Part shown: piece after piece, positions 21,224 through 31,531 of the stretch
Position numbering within the stretch: the first letter of the stretch is position 1
Layout of the letters: every line of letters starts with the position of its first letter
Assembly (NCBI GenBank): GCA_964511065.1
Contig: CAZEEG010000008.1
Span: 16,091 to 80,090 of the forward strand
Direction of reading: 5' to 3'
DNA from: an uncultured Pirellulales bacterium
GTDB lineage: Bacteria > Planctomycetota > Planctomycetia > Pirellulales > S012-138
DNA length: 64,000 nucleotides
The notes under the pieces: model-generated
Seen by the model: the letters and a program-made list of their open reading frames with translations, nothing else
Databases searched by the model: none
What the model was told of the DNA's origin: nothing
Translations under genes and position numbers: made by a program

Positions 21224-22942
21224 TTAAGCCCCGGCTGCCGCGGCAGGCAGCAAGTAGCTGCCCAGGTGTTCGCCAAGTGCCGCCCCCGAATGCTCGTCGC
21301 CCAAGAAGGCCAGGTACCCATCGGGGCGCACCAGCGCCAGGCCACTGTCGCGCACCCCCAGCCTTGCGTGGACTTCGCCATGCAGGTCCCGGAGGATGGT
21401 TTCGCCCGCAGCGTTTGCAGCGGAAGGCAGTATTTCGCGTGCCACATTGGCCGACTCACCGGGCAGGACAGCGATCGTATGGATCAAGTGTCCGAAACGG
21501 TGTTGAACGTCAGCGACCTGCGCGCGCAGCCGGGCTAGGGCGGTGTGAACCTCGTTCCCTCGCCCCCAAGGGAGCAGTAACAACAGATGTTGATCGCGAT
21601 GGAAGAACGAGTGCAGACGCACCGAATCGGGCGATGTGGGCGTCGCCACCGCCGCATCGGGCAGGCGGTCCCCCGGCTGCACCTGTCCAGACCATGCGCG
21701 ACCAGGACTGGAACCGCTGAGCGGGCTGTCGTGGTAGCAGATGGCAAACTCGGTCAATTGGGCGATTGCTCGCTGCTGGACCGCATCAAACTGGCCGGCA
21801 AAGTGTGCAACCTGGTTGCGAATGAACTGCAGCAGCGGATTACGCAACGTGGCCAGGCGCGTGAGGCGCCCGGCATTGAGCAGCACCTGGTCGCCCACCG
21901 CACTGCGCTCTTGATGGTAACTTGCCAACAGCGTTGGGGAGGCCTGCCCACGTTGCACCAAAGCCAGTTTCCATGCCAGGTTGAAGGCGTCTTGCATGCC
22001 GGTATTCATGCCCTGCCCTCCGGCGGGGCTGTGAATGTGTGCGGCATCGCCGGCCAACAACACGCGGCCACGACCGTACTCGTTGACCTTTCGTTCGTGA
22101 ATCCGAAAGCCGGCCAGCCAGAATGGATCGTGAATGCGAAACTGGTCCAGTCCTCGCTCGTCCAGGCACGCTTGAACCTGAGCCAGCGTGGGATCCGGCG
22201 GCTTGTCCAATCCCAGGGCTGGGCCCTGATCGGCCACCACGCGGAACCGGCCACCGGTGCCGATGGGAAAGAACGCTGCAATGCCCCGGGCGTGCCAGAA
22301 GATGCTGATCTCATCGTGATCGAGCGGCCCGTCGATGCGCACGTCGGCCAGAATCCAATCGTTGGGGTCGAACTGCCCGGCAAACTCGATCCCCAACTGT
22401 TTGCGGCAGACGCTGTGCGCACCATCACAGCCAATCAGCCAGTCGCACCGTACGGTTTCGCGGCGACCGTCGGGCCGCTGGAGTACGGCCTCCACGAATT
22501 GGTCACGATCGGCCAATTCGAGCAGTTCCACGCGGCGTTCGACCATCACCCCGTGCCTGCGCAACCGCTCGGCCAAAATGCGCTCGGTATCCGATTGTGG
22601 GATCATCAGCGGCTGCGCAAAGGCGGTATCGTCGCGTTCAAACCGCACATGCACCAACCGCTGACCGTTGCCAAAGACGCTGACTGCCTGGGCCAGGCGG
22701 CCAGCAGCGAAGAAATCCTGGCGTACATCACCCGATGCTTCCAGCAGTTCCAGCGTGCGGCCCCACACGACCAGCGCCTTGGATTTGTCGGTGGCCGCCG
22801 CGGCTTTATCAACAATCCGGCACCCTAGCCCCAGTCGCCGCAGTTCCAGCGCCATGGTCAAGCCGACAGGACCGGCGCCAACGATCAACACCTCGCAAGC
22901 ATGGTCAGTGGAAGCAGGAGAGGGTATGGCGGCCTCAGACAT
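21224..22942 (-). CDS. FAD-dependent aromatic-ring monooxygenase (PHBH/MhpA-like) with C-terminal thioredoxin-like domain
   Basis: The likely start is MSEAAIPS at 22942. Motifs are GxGxxG (VLIVGAGPVGLTMALEL), DG (CDGAHS) and GD (GDAAHIHSPAGGQGMNTGMQDAFNLAWKL). Confidence 0.85.
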   Translation of the reverse strand: MSEAAIPSPASTDHACEVLIVGAGPVGLTMALELRRLGLGCRIVDKAAAATDKSKALVVWGRTLELLEASGDVRQDFFAAGRLAQAVSVFGNGQRLVHVRFERDDTAFAQPLMIPQSDTERILAERLRRHGVMVERRVELLELADRDQFVEAVLQRPDGRRETVRCDWLIGCDGAHSVCRKQLGIEFAGQFDPNDWILADVRIDGPLDHDEISIFWHARGIAAFFPIGTGGRFRVVADQGPALGLDKPPDPTLAQVQACLDERGLDQFRIHDPFWLAGFRIHERKVNEYGRGRVLLAGDAAHIHSPAGGQGMNTGMQDAFNLAWKLALVQRGQASPTLLASYHQERSAVGDQVLLNAGRLTRLATLRNPLLQFIRNQVAHFAGQFDAVQQRAIAQLTEFAICYHDSPLSGSSPGRAWSGQVQPGDRLPDAAVATPTSPDSVRLHSFFHRDQHLLLLLPWGRGNEVHTALARLRAQVADVQHRFGHLIHTIAVLPGESANVAREILPSAANAAGETILRDLHGEVHARLGVRDSGLALVRPDGYLAFLGDEHSGAALGEHLGSYLLPAAAAGA

Positions 22943-23186
22943 GACGACCTCCCGGCTTGCGCGTCTGGCGCACCACCTGGCTCGCACGAGCAGGCGCGCT
23001 TGAAACATTTATGATTGTGGCGCCGCCAACGTCCGGCCGTCGAGTCCTTGGCGCCGCAATCCTTCCGGTTTCCCGCACCATTGGCCGCATTTTGGTGGTC
23101 CAGTACGAAAGAAAGCGGACATTGGCTGCGCAGGTGACATTGATCCAGGTTGCACGCTTGGCGCTGCCCTACCCGCAGGCCGATCG

Positions 23187-23531
23187 CTACGCTTGCTGCC
23201 GCTGCCGCGCTGCTTCGCCAGCGGCGCATTCGGCCACGGTGTCGCGGGCCGGTTGCCCGTCAGGCTGTGGAATTTCACGCCGCGCCTGCTGTTCGCTTTC
23301 GACCTGGGTCGCCAGATACTCTAGCTGCCGGGCGGCCTCGACTTCTTCCATCGTACGATACTTCGGCCCTGGCCGCAGCGAGTGCAATTCTACCTGGGGC
23401 GTTTCGCCATTGGCGGCATCCCCGCGCTGTACACGGCTGCCCTGAAGGACTTCTTCAGGCATCATACGACGCGCGACGAGGACGGCCACCGCCGCTGCTG
23501 TCGTGCCTACCAATGCTAACGATATCGCCAA
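23187..23531 (-). CDS. Hypothetical small membrane-anchored protein. Start uncertain: the frame is open upstream to ~23680 through further hydrophobic segments.
   Basis: TTG-start ORF with an N-terminal TM segment (AISLALVGTTAAAVAVLVA) and a charged C-terminus. No recognisable family. Confidence 0.3.
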   Translation of the reverse strand: MAISLALVGTTAAAVAVLVARRMMPEEVLQGSRVQRGDAANGETPQVELHSLRPGPKYRTMEEVEAARQLEYLATQVESEQQARREIPQPDGQPARDTVAECAAGEAARQRQQA

Positions 23532-23950
23532 GAACCCGAAATGATACCAAAGCGTGACGGCAATGATTCGGGTCAGCGAAACTTCGAACAGCAGCGTGGC
23601 CAGGGCGATGAGACCCCCCCCACACCGCGCCTCGCGACGGAGTGTGCATCCTTGCGGCTCCAGTCAACTTTGGGTCAGCCATTCGTCCGGAGAGGGAGTC
23701 CCTCCGGAACGATTTGGTAGGCTATAGGCGGGAAGTCATTGCCAGCAGTATCCGCAGCTCGGGGAATGGGGCAAGGTCAGTTGCTTTCACTCGGAGTAGG
23801 GACCAGCGAAGGGGTTGTCCACAGGCAAATTGGCTCAGTGCCAGCGAAAGCAGCCCCAGTTTCTAGCAGGCCAGCAGCGGTCCGCTACCGTCCCCCGCGA
23901 CGAATTAAGCGACGACTGACATAGCGGTTGGAACAAGCACGATGCGTTCT

Positions 23951-24847
23951 TCAGCGATCGGCTGTCGCGCGTTCATCGATCAGGCCGCGCAGCAACCGGA
24001 TATGCTCGGGCGTCGTACCGCAGCAACCGCCGACCAGTCGCGCACCATCGGCCAGCCACTGCCTCACGTAATCAAGATAAACGAGCGGGTCTTCCGCGCC
24101 GGTATTTCGCCAGCCCTGCACGGGATCCTTCTCGCCGATATTGGCATATCCGCCGCGGGGAACATCGGGCGCGGCGGCGTGTAGGGCTTGAAGCAACGCT
24201 GCCGTCTGCGGCGCAGGGCAGCAATTCACCATCATGGCATCGGGACCGAGCGGCCGCACCGCAGCCACGGCAGCGGCCACCGATTCGCCCGATAGCAGCT
24301 TGCCGTCGCTGCCACAGACAAAACTCACCAGCACCGGCAAGCGGCTTCCGACAGCCGCTTTCGTGGCGGCGACCGCCTCGCGAATCGTGGGCTGCGTCTC
24401 CACGATGATGAGATCCACTCCGGCCTCGGCCAGGTTCGCAGCCATTGCCGCATGCTCGGCCGCAAGCGCCGCATCAGGCGGTGTAAGCCGCGGTTCGTAA
24501 CAATCTTCAAGCGGAGCTTGCGAACCGGCTATATAGGCGCGGCCCTGGGCCGCCTCGCGGGCAAGTTCCACCGCGCGGGCCGTCCACAGCGCGGCCTGGC
24601 CGGCAAGCCCCGCTTTCGCAAGCGTGCGGGCATGTGTGCGAAACGTGTTGGCGGTAATCACCTCGGCGCCGGCGGCCAGATAATCGGCGTGAATCTGCCG
24701 CACAACGTCGGGGGCATCGCGCAATGCGGCCGCCGACCACAGCGGCAGCACGGTGCTGATGCCGCGGCGGGTCAATTCCGTGCCGGTAGCTCCATCGAGC
24801 AGCACCGGCCGCGACACATCTTGCAATCGACTGCGAAAGTCTTCCAT
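23951..24847 (-). CDS. Homocysteine S-methyltransferase family protein
   Basis: The likely start is MEDFRSRLQD at 24847. It contains LLDGATGTEL and the C-terminal zinc site GGCCGTTPEHI. Confidence 0.85.
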   Translation of the reverse strand: MEDFRSRLQDVSRPVLLDGATGTELTRRGISTVLPLWSAAALRDAPDVVRQIHADYLAAGAEVITANTFRTHARTLAKAGLAGQAALWTARAVELAREAAQGRAYIAGSQAPLEDCYEPRLTPPDAALAAEHAAMAANLAEAGVDLIIVETQPTIREAVAATKAAVGSRLPVLVSFVCGSDGKLLSGESVAAAVAAVRPLGPDAMMVNCCPAPQTAALLQALHAAAPDVPRGGYANIGEKDPVQGWRNTGAEDPLVYLDYVRQWLADGARLVGGCCGTTPEHIRLLRGLIDERATADR

Positions 24848-25285
24848 CGGCGCGGTAAGCGAGGTTTTGGGATCGGGGCGTCTGCCGATTGTGGGATTAT
24901 AGCCGGTTTGCGCCGCAGCAACCGCGGCAAGGCGGCTGCCACCGGTCAAAATGGGCGGAGGGGGGACCCGTCACAAGCGGCGGTTCGCAGCGACCGACCT
25001 GCCCGGAAAATGCGGCCTGCGACAACCTTCCCGATTTTCTTGAGCTACATTTCAGTTGCGGCAAGTTTTTCTCGAGGGCTGCCCCCTCACGCGCTTAGCG
25101 AGCGTAACCTGGCGACGCGAGGTTGGCAGCACGAGCGGGAAGCTAAGACCAGCCATCCCCAGGGGCGCAACTGGCCGTACTCATCCTTGCTGAAAGTTGG
25201 CGTTTGCGGCCGTGGCTGTCCCGGGAGGGACGGTTTCGGCAAGCAGGCTTACCGCTCTTTCTCGCGTGATGTGTAAGGTGCCCCT

Positions 25286-26692
25286 ATGCGCGCTTCCTCT
25301 GTCGCCGACCGCCGATCTCGGCGTTACGGTACCGTCCTGGTGTTAATTTCGGTGATGATCGTGGTCGTCGCGGGCTTTGTAGCCTTGGGCGTCGACGTGG
25401 GTTATGTGGCGGCCGTGCGCACGGAATTGAAGCGCTCACTCGATGCCGGCGCGCTGGCCGGGGCGGGAGCGCTGGTCGATGGACCCGACGTGGCCATCAA
25501 CCGGGTGCACGAATTCCTCCAGAGCAATCCCGTGGGGGGGCGCGATATCGACCCCGCCCGCGTTCAGATCGAACTGGGGCATTGGAACCTTGATACGCGG
25601 AGCTTTACCCCAAGCGATGAATTGCCTTCGGCCATTCGTGTGCGGGTGCAGCACGTGGATCAGCCGCTGTTCTTTGCCAGGGTGCTCGGACAGGACGACT
25701 TTGACCTGGCCGACGAATCGATCGCCATGTACCAGCCCCGCGACATTATGCTGGTACTGGACTGCTCGGCCTCGATGAACGACGACAGCGAACTGCGGTC
25801 CATTCCCAGAATGGGACAATCGAACGTCTTGGCGAACCTCCAGCAAATCTACCAGGAATTGGGTTCTCCGAAGTTCGGCAACATGAAGTGGAGCGAAAAG
25901 TTGTCGTCGAGCTGGTCGGCAACCACCATTCGCAATCACCTCAAGTTGGACTACGTGCCGTACCCTTTCCCGAGCGGTAGCTGGAACGACTACATCAATT
26001 ACGTGAAAGGCAGCGGCGGCAGCCAACTACCCAGTAGCTATCGCCACGACTATGGCTATCTGACGTTCATGAATTACCTGCTTGAGCGGCAACCCCAGCA
26101 CGATCAAACACCGGGGCTGTGGCAGACGAGCCAGCAACCGATCACGGCCGTGAAAAACGCCGTAACCGTGTTCATGGCCTACCTGCAGGAGGTGGACACC
26201 GACGACCGCTTGGGGTTGTCGATCTACACGGCTTCCGACGGTACGGCAGTGCTGGAAGAACCACTTACGCGGAACTTCAATATCATCGAAACCAAGAGCC
26301 GCCAGCGCCAGGCCGGTCACTACGACAATTACACGAACATCGGCGACGGCATGAAGGTTGCCCGGCAGGAAATCATCAATCATGGCCGGACCGGCGCTTT
26401 CCGGATGATTGTTCTGATGACCGACGGCATCGCTAACCGGCCGCACAATGAAAGCTATGGCCGCGCCTACGCCATCCAGGAAGCCTACCGCGCGGCCGAC
26501 GCCCGCATCCCGATTGTTACCGTCAGCTTTGGCATCGGGGCGGATAAGAACCTGATGCAGGAGATTGCCGACATCACCGGCGGAGTTCACTTCAACGTGC
26601 CCGGCGGCTCCAACGTCGCCCAGTACGAAGAAGAGCTTAAGGACGTATTCCGCCAGATTGCCGACGATCGACCGCTCAAACTGGTGAAGTGA
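25286..26692 (+). CDS. TadE/TadG-like N-terminal domain protein with von Willebrand factor A domain
   Basis: N-terminal TM plus TadE-like segment (VLVLISVMIVVVAGFVALGVDVGYVAAVRTEL). The vWA MIDAS motif is DCSASMND, followed by a T-residue motif (TNIGDG). Confidence 0.7.
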   Translation: MRASSVADRRSRRYGTVLVLISVMIVVVAGFVALGVDVGYVAAVRTELKRSLDAGALAGAGALVDGPDVAINRVHEFLQSNPVGGRDIDPARVQIELGHWNLDTRSFTPSDELPSAIRVRVQHVDQPLFFARVLGQDDFDLADESIAMYQPRDIMLVLDCSASMNDDSELRSIPRMGQSNVLANLQQIYQELGSPKFGNMKWSEKLSSSWSATTIRNHLKLDYVPYPFPSGSWNDYINYVKGSGGSQLPSSYRHDYGYLTFMNYLLERQPQHDQTPGLWQTSQQPITAVKNAVTVFMAYLQEVDTDDRLGLSIYTASDGTAVLEEPLTRNFNIIETKSRQRQAGHYDNYTNIGDGMKVARQEIINHGRTGAFRMIVLMTDGIANRPHNESYGRAYAIQEAYRAADARIPIVTVSFGIGADKNLMQEIADITGGVHFNVPGGSNVAQYEEELKDVFRQIADDRPLKLVK

Positions 26693-26724
26693 AGCGGCAT
26701 CTCAAGAAAGGTGCGAAGCAACAG

Positions 26725-26754
26725 AAAGCGGCGGCGCATGAGCGCCGCCGCTTT
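26725..26754. terminator. Perfect 13-bp stem / 4-nt loop hairpin between convergent genes (bidirectional terminator candidate)
   Basis: The sequence is AAAGCGGCGGCGC-ATGA-GCGCCGCCGCTTT. It sits in the 150-nt gap between the vWA gene stop (26692) and the RidA stop (26845). Confidence 0.5.
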
Positions 26755-26844
26755 CCATATGATGAACATCTGCGCAGCGAATGTCCGCTTGCGTTCGTGC
26801 GCGGCACGCGCACGCAATCGGTGATCGACAATCAACCGCGCGCC

Positions 26845-27288
26845 TTAGGCGCCTTTGATCTCGAAGATGGCTTCGATCTCAACGGCGGCACCCGTGGGCA
26901 GGGCCGCAAACCCCAAGGCGCTCCGCGCGTGGTAGCCGTCGCCCTCCTTGCCATATAGTTCGTGCAACAGGTCGGATGCGCCGTTAATGACCAGGTGCTG
27001 GTCCGTAAACTCCAGCGTGGAGTTGACGCAGCCCAGCAGCTTGATAACCCGCAGGTTGTCGAGCGTGCCGTGCGTGTGCCGGACCGAGCGCAGAATCTTG
27101 ATCGCGCAATCGCGGGCAGCGGCGTAACCTTCTTCCACGGTCATGCCGGCCCCCAACTTGCCCTTGGCATCGCTCACGTGCCCGGAGGTAATGAGCAGGT
27201 TGCCGGTCCGGGCGCACAGGTTGAGGTATCCTGGCACCAGCGGTTCGAAAGTGAGTCCGAGTTCCTTCGCTTTTTTCTCGGGGGTCAT
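26845..27288 (-). CDS. ridA: RidA/YjgF/TdcF-family reactive-intermediate deaminase
   Basis: 147 aa. It has the chorismate-mutase-like fold signature (...AVEIEAIFEI at the C-terminus). Confidence 0.85.
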   Translation of the reverse strand: MTPEKKAKELGLTFEPLVPGYLNLCARTGNLLITSGHVSDAKGKLGAGMTVEEGYAAARDCAIKILRSVRHTHGTLDNLRVIKLLGCVNSTLEFTDQHLVINGASDLLHELYGKEGDGYHARSALGFAALPTGAAVEIEAIFEIKGA

Positions 27289-27369
27289 GCGGCCGCTCTC
27301 CCTTGCTGAAGTCGATGGTCAATCGGGCAGTTCGTAACTACGTCGGTGAATCCGTCCCGGGCTGATGCC

Positions 27370-28875
27370 TTATTGAGACGCCTTGTCTTTTGCCTGTTCG
27401 AGCAATTGGATCAAGGTATCGGCGATCTTGTGGGCCGCCTCGACTTCCACCCGGTTGGTGCCCAGCCAGGTTTCGTATCCGCCCAGCTTGTGCTGGCTCC
27501 GAGTCGGCAAGTATCCGTAAGAACCGTTTGCCAGCGAGATGGTGAAGGTCTTGGCCAGCGGAGTACGGTCCTTCAGTTCCAGGCCCGTTTCCGTAAACAC
27601 CTCAAAAGGAATAGCCGTGATGCCCAGGTCGCCTAGCCGGAAGACTTGCAACGGGCAAGCGATCTGGTCGGGCCATTGGGCCATGTCGAGCGTGCGCTGT
27701 GCGTAGATCCGCTCGCGGACGTGGCTTTGCGGCGAATCCTCCGGGCGAGCCAAGACTTCCTTGGCCCAGGCGATGAGTTTGTCGTCGGGCTTGCGAACCT
27801 GCAGCGGAATCTCCGTGTACTGGGCCACCAGCGGCACCCAGTCGGCGTACTGCACCTTGCCCAATTGCTCAAAGACGGCGGCAGCGGCTTCATCGGCCAC
27901 GATCTGCATTTTCTCGTAGGGCTGATAGCGCTTCTGCTCCTTGGGCTGGAAGTTGATGTTGTTGACATCGCCGCTGGTACCGTTGGTCATGATGCCGACA
28001 AAGGGCGGATCCTGACGGCGGGTTTCCAGCAATTCGGCCATTCGCTCCGCAAACACGCCAAAGTAATCCGCCGAGATCGTGTTGGGCCGAATCCCACCCA
28101 CGTAATGCAGCGAATAGTTGGCCAGCAGCGCAAGCGGCTTGCCATCGGTCGACTGGATGCTGAGGAAGCAGATTTCAGGATCAACAGGTCCGGCCGGCTT
28201 TACCAGGGCTGGGTTGTTCACACCCGGGTTCATCCGAACCAACTCCTGCACTCCAAACGGGCTGAGGTTGGGCGTACCTGGCTTGAGATGCCAGCGGCGA
28301 TTGAAGACCTGGCCGGGCAATTGGGCCGAGCCCCAACCGATGCGGGCCGGCTGCAGATTGTTTTGCGCCCGGCGCAGACCGTCGGCAATCCGGCGCGCCA
28401 GGAACAGTTGATACTCGTCCAGCGGAACTCCCATAGCCAGGGCGTTCGTTCCCCGCGCACTGGGGCCTGAGTGCGTGTGGGTGGCCGACATCAGCAGGTT
28501 CGAGGCGGGGATGCCGGTTTCTCGCTCCGCGAGCCGCTTGGCCAGGTCGAACACCTCGCGAGGAATTCCGACATTGTCGCAAATGGCGAATCCCAACTGC
28601 GTCGTGCCGTCGTCCAACACCAGGCACTTGGCGTACAGTTCGTCGTGAACGTGCAATGCCTCGGGCCTGCCCCAGCCGCCCACGATAATGGCCCCCAGCG
28701 ACGGTGTAATGTTGCTCGCCGCGGCGCCGGCGCGAAACACCTTCTTCGGTTGGGTCGCGTCAACCTGTTTTGCAGCAGGTTCGGCCGCTTGTGCCGCCAA
28801 GGGCACCATCGCCGCGCACAGCGATGCCGCCACAAACCACCGGGCCACGCCATAGAATCGGGAAAACATTCGCAA
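27370..28875 (-). CDS. Neutral/alkaline non-lysosomal ceramidase-like hydrolase. Secreted.
   Basis: Signal peptide followed by GFAICDNVG...SATHTHSGP, typical of the neutral ceramidase N-terminal domain. Confidence 0.6.
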   Translation of the reverse strand: MRMFSRFYGVARWFVAASLCAAMVPLAAQAAEPAAKQVDATQPKKVFRAGAAASNITPSLGAIIVGGWGRPEALHVHDELYAKCLVLDDGTTQLGFAICDNVGIPREVFDLAKRLAERETGIPASNLLMSATHTHSGPSARGTNALAMGVPLDEYQLFLARRIADGLRRAQNNLQPARIGWGSAQLPGQVFNRRWHLKPGTPNLSPFGVQELVRMNPGVNNPALVKPAGPVDPEICFLSIQSTDGKPLALLANYSLHYVGGIRPNTISADYFGVFAERMAELLETRRQDPPFVGIMTNGTSGDVNNINFQPKEQKRYQPYEKMQIVADEAAAAVFEQLGKVQYADWVPLVAQYTEIPLQVRKPDDKLIAWAKEVLARPEDSPQSHVRERIYAQRTLDMAQWPDQIACPLQVFRLGDLGITAIPFEVFTETGLELKDRTPLAKTFTISLANGSYGYLPTRSQHKLGGYETWLGTNRVEVEAAHKIADTLIQLLEQAKDKASQ

Positions 28876-29190
28876 GCCTCGTCAATAGAATCAACCGTCT
28901 GCCAGCCGTCTTGCGCGCGGTGCATCGGCCTCTGCAGGAGCCAAGCCACACGCATGATGCTGGTGAAATTCTCCCACCATGTAAACTGCTGCCTGTAGGA
29001 CGCTGCGCCGCCCTGCGGCGGTGGCCATCCCCACGGCAACACCGATGAGTGTACTCGCTCGCAGCGCCGGGTAAACCACTTGGTGACAGAGGCCCGCGAG
29101 CGGCAACGCATCTGCGGCCACCCAAAATGGCTGACGGGCGTGCGCTGCCCTTTCGTGGCCCGCTGTAGCATCGCCTTCTGCCGCGGCTGC

Positions 29191-30138
29191 TTATTGGATG
29201 AGGCCCAAATGAACGATGGCATCGCCGCGGCTGACCAGTGGATTGTTGCTGAGGCCAAGCAACAGCCCCGCCGCGGGCGAGCGGACCGTGGTCGAGTTTT
29301 CGCCAAATGCATCGGCAATGAAGCCCAGCGGTTGCCGGGGTTCCACGACCTCACCCAACCTGGTCTGAAGCCGGAGAATACCGCTGCGGCGAGCGCGAAT
29401 CCAGGTGGTCTGGTCGATCCGCCGCGGCTTGTAGCGCGGCCGAGGGTGATATTTGCCCATCCCCAGCGCGGCCATGACACGCAGCACCCCGCGGACGCCC
29501 AATTCGATGGCAGCTTCGTCGAAGCGGAGCGGTTCACCCGCCTCGTACAACAGTACGTGCTTGCCCAGTTGACTGGCTGCTTGCCGCAGCGAGCCGTCAC
29601 GCAGTTCCGAATGCATCAGCACCGGCGGAGCAAACGCTTCCGCGCAGCGGACGGTTTCGGCGTCGTGAAAATTGGCCCGAATCTGCGGGAGGTTGTTCCG
29701 GTGCAAACTGCCGGTATGCAGGTCGATCCCATAGCTGCATTGCTGGACCACCTCAGTCATAAACAGGTGGGCCAGCCGGGCAGCCGTCGAACCGGTAGCC
29801 GATCCGGGAAAACAGCGGTTCAAATCGCGGCGGTCCGGCAGGTAGCGGTTCTGGTTGATGAAGCCGAACACATTCACAATCGGTACGGCAATCACCGCTC
29901 CGGCCAGGTCCTCCGGTTTCAACTTCTGGAGCACCCGGCGGATGATCTCAACCCCGTTGAGCTCATCGCCGTGAACCGCCGCGCTCAACCAAAGGTTCGG
30001 TCCCGATCGAATCCCGTTGACGACTTCAATCGGCAGTGACAGCCACGTTTGCGTGGGAAGCCGGGCTACCGGCAAATCGAACCGCTGTCGCTGCCCCGGT
30101 TCGACCACCATCCCCCGGATGCGAATTCTTTCGGGCAT
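29191..30138 (-). CDS. Succinylglutamate desuccinylase/aspartoacylase (AstE/AspA) family zinc hydrolase
   Basis: The likely start is MPERIRIRG at 30138. Motifs are AVHGDELNG (HxxE zinc site) and DLNRCFPG. Confidence 0.75.
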   Translation of the reverse strand: MPERIRIRGMVVEPGQRQRFDLPVARLPTQTWLSLPIEVVNGIRSGPNLWLSAAVHGDELNGVEIIRRVLQKLKPEDLAGAVIAVPIVNVFGFINQNRYLPDRRDLNRCFPGSATGSTAARLAHLFMTEVVQQCSYGIDLHTGSLHRNNLPQIRANFHDAETVRCAEAFAPPVLMHSELRDGSLRQAASQLGKHVLLYEAGEPLRFDEAAIELGVRGVLRVMAALGMGKYHPRPRYKPRRIDQTTWIRARRSGILRLQTRLGEVVEPRQPLGFIADAFGENSTTVRSPAAGLLLGLSNNPLVSRGDAIVHLGLIQ

Positions 30139-30655
30139 GATCTCGCGAGATGTTCGGGAGGGGAAAGCCGAAGCGGCGCGTCGGCACCGCGCCGGTGTGT
30201 ATTGGAAGCGCCCCTCATTCAAGCGTAACTCCAAACTGCGCGGCGGGCGAATGGGCCGCGGTCAGAGGCGCTGATGCCATGGATTTCCCAGAAGCAGCCG
30301 TTGGTGGTGCTCACAACCGGCGCCATCTCTACGACCTTCACATGCAACCAACCGGCAAATGACGTACCCTTCCCTGGTGCATGAGAAATTGCCCTGAACC
30401 GCCGATCACAGCCCCTTGTGCGTTTTTTTGGGGGGACGCGATGCCAATGGCTCAGGAACCAGGTGCCAAGACGACAAACCGGCCGATCAAAGCACCTGTT
30501 AGCGCGGTTGGCACAGGGCAGTTCGTTGATTCTTAGGTCCAATACCGGCACGATGAGCCGTAGGGACACTGACTGTCCAAGATTTTGTGTCCCCGGACGA
30601 ATCATCAGATGCCCAGGGGTCGTTTTCGTTTGCTTTCGCCGGGGGAGAGCCGTCC

Positions 30656-31276
30656 ATGCAATCGGTATTTCTGGTATGCGCGATCGCCGGCAGCGCCATT
30701 TTGGTGATTCAGTTTCTGATGACGCTCATCGGGTTCGATGGCGACGAATCAGGTTTGGACTCCATGGCCGGTGGCGAGGCCTCGCTGGGCGACACATCGC
30801 TGGGGGACGACGTGGCCAGCGGCCACGATGGCCTGGATCACGATCCCAACAGCCTGTTCAAGAAGATCACATTCCGTTCAGTTGTTGCCGCGACCGCGTT
30901 CTTCGGCATTGCCGGTATGGCGGCTTCGAGTGCTGGCTTGAGCCCGTTCCCCACGATGGCGATTGCCGTCGCTGCCGGCGGCGGGGCGTTGTACGCCGTG
31001 GGCTGGTTATTCCATTCGCTACGCCACTTGTCCGAGGAGGGCAATTTGCAAATTTCGCAGGCGGTGGGCCGGCCCGGCACCGTCTACATTCCCATCCCGG
31101 GCGAAAAATCCGGAGCGGGGAAAATCCAGCTTAACCTGCAAAACCGGATCGTAGAGTTGCGGGCCGTCACTTCCGAGAAAGACAGGCTTCCGACCGGCGC
31201 CAGCGTGGTCGTGGTGGAAGTTGTCAGTTCCAACACCGTCGCCGTTGAATTGGCTCGCGAGGCAGCCAAGACCTAG
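30656..31276 (+). CDS. NfeD-like membrane protein (short form; TM segments plus C-terminal OB-fold)
   Basis: ORF 30587..31276. The likely start is MQSVFLVCAIAG at 30656. It has hydrophobic helices, then a beta-rich OB tail (GTVYIPIPGEKSGAGKIQL...VVVVEVV). It lies upstream of a flotillin gene, the canonical pairing. Confidence 0.65.
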   Translation: MQSVFLVCAIAGSAILVIQFLMTLIGFDGDESGLDSMAGGEASLGDTSLGDDVASGHDGLDHDPNSLFKKITFRSVVAATAFFGIAGMAASSAGLSPFPTMAIAVAAGGGALYAVGWLFHSLRHLSEEGNLQISQAVGRPGTVYIPIPGEKSGAGKIQLNLQNRIVELRAVTSEKDRLPTGASVVVVEVVSSNTVAVELAREAAKT

Positions 31277-31531
31277 GGTTTGATGGCCCTCCCGCGGGTT
31301 TGACGTCTTCCGCCCTCTGCCGCGTGGCGGCCACGGTCAGTCTGCCTGGTCAGCCAGGACCACCGCTCCCGCACATCAGCGGGTAGCGGCCTGAAAGCCG
31401 TACCGCGCCCCTGCCATGGACTGGGGGCCGGTCCCTACCGGGGCAGACGTCACCCATTTGGGTAGCGCGGCGACCGCAAGAACGCCGCAAGGCGATCCGT
31501 TATTTCCCCCCCTTAGCCGGAGTAAGCAGCA

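Noticed and set aside
21587-22828. 413-aa plus-strand ORF
   Set aside because: It is antisense to the FAD monooxygenase gene, which has clear GxGxxG/GD motifs. It is a shadow ORF.
28491-29600. 369-aa minus-strand ORF spanning the ceramidase/AstE intergenic region
   Set aside because: It overlaps two real genes in alternative frames. Its W/R/C-rich composition has no coherent domain.
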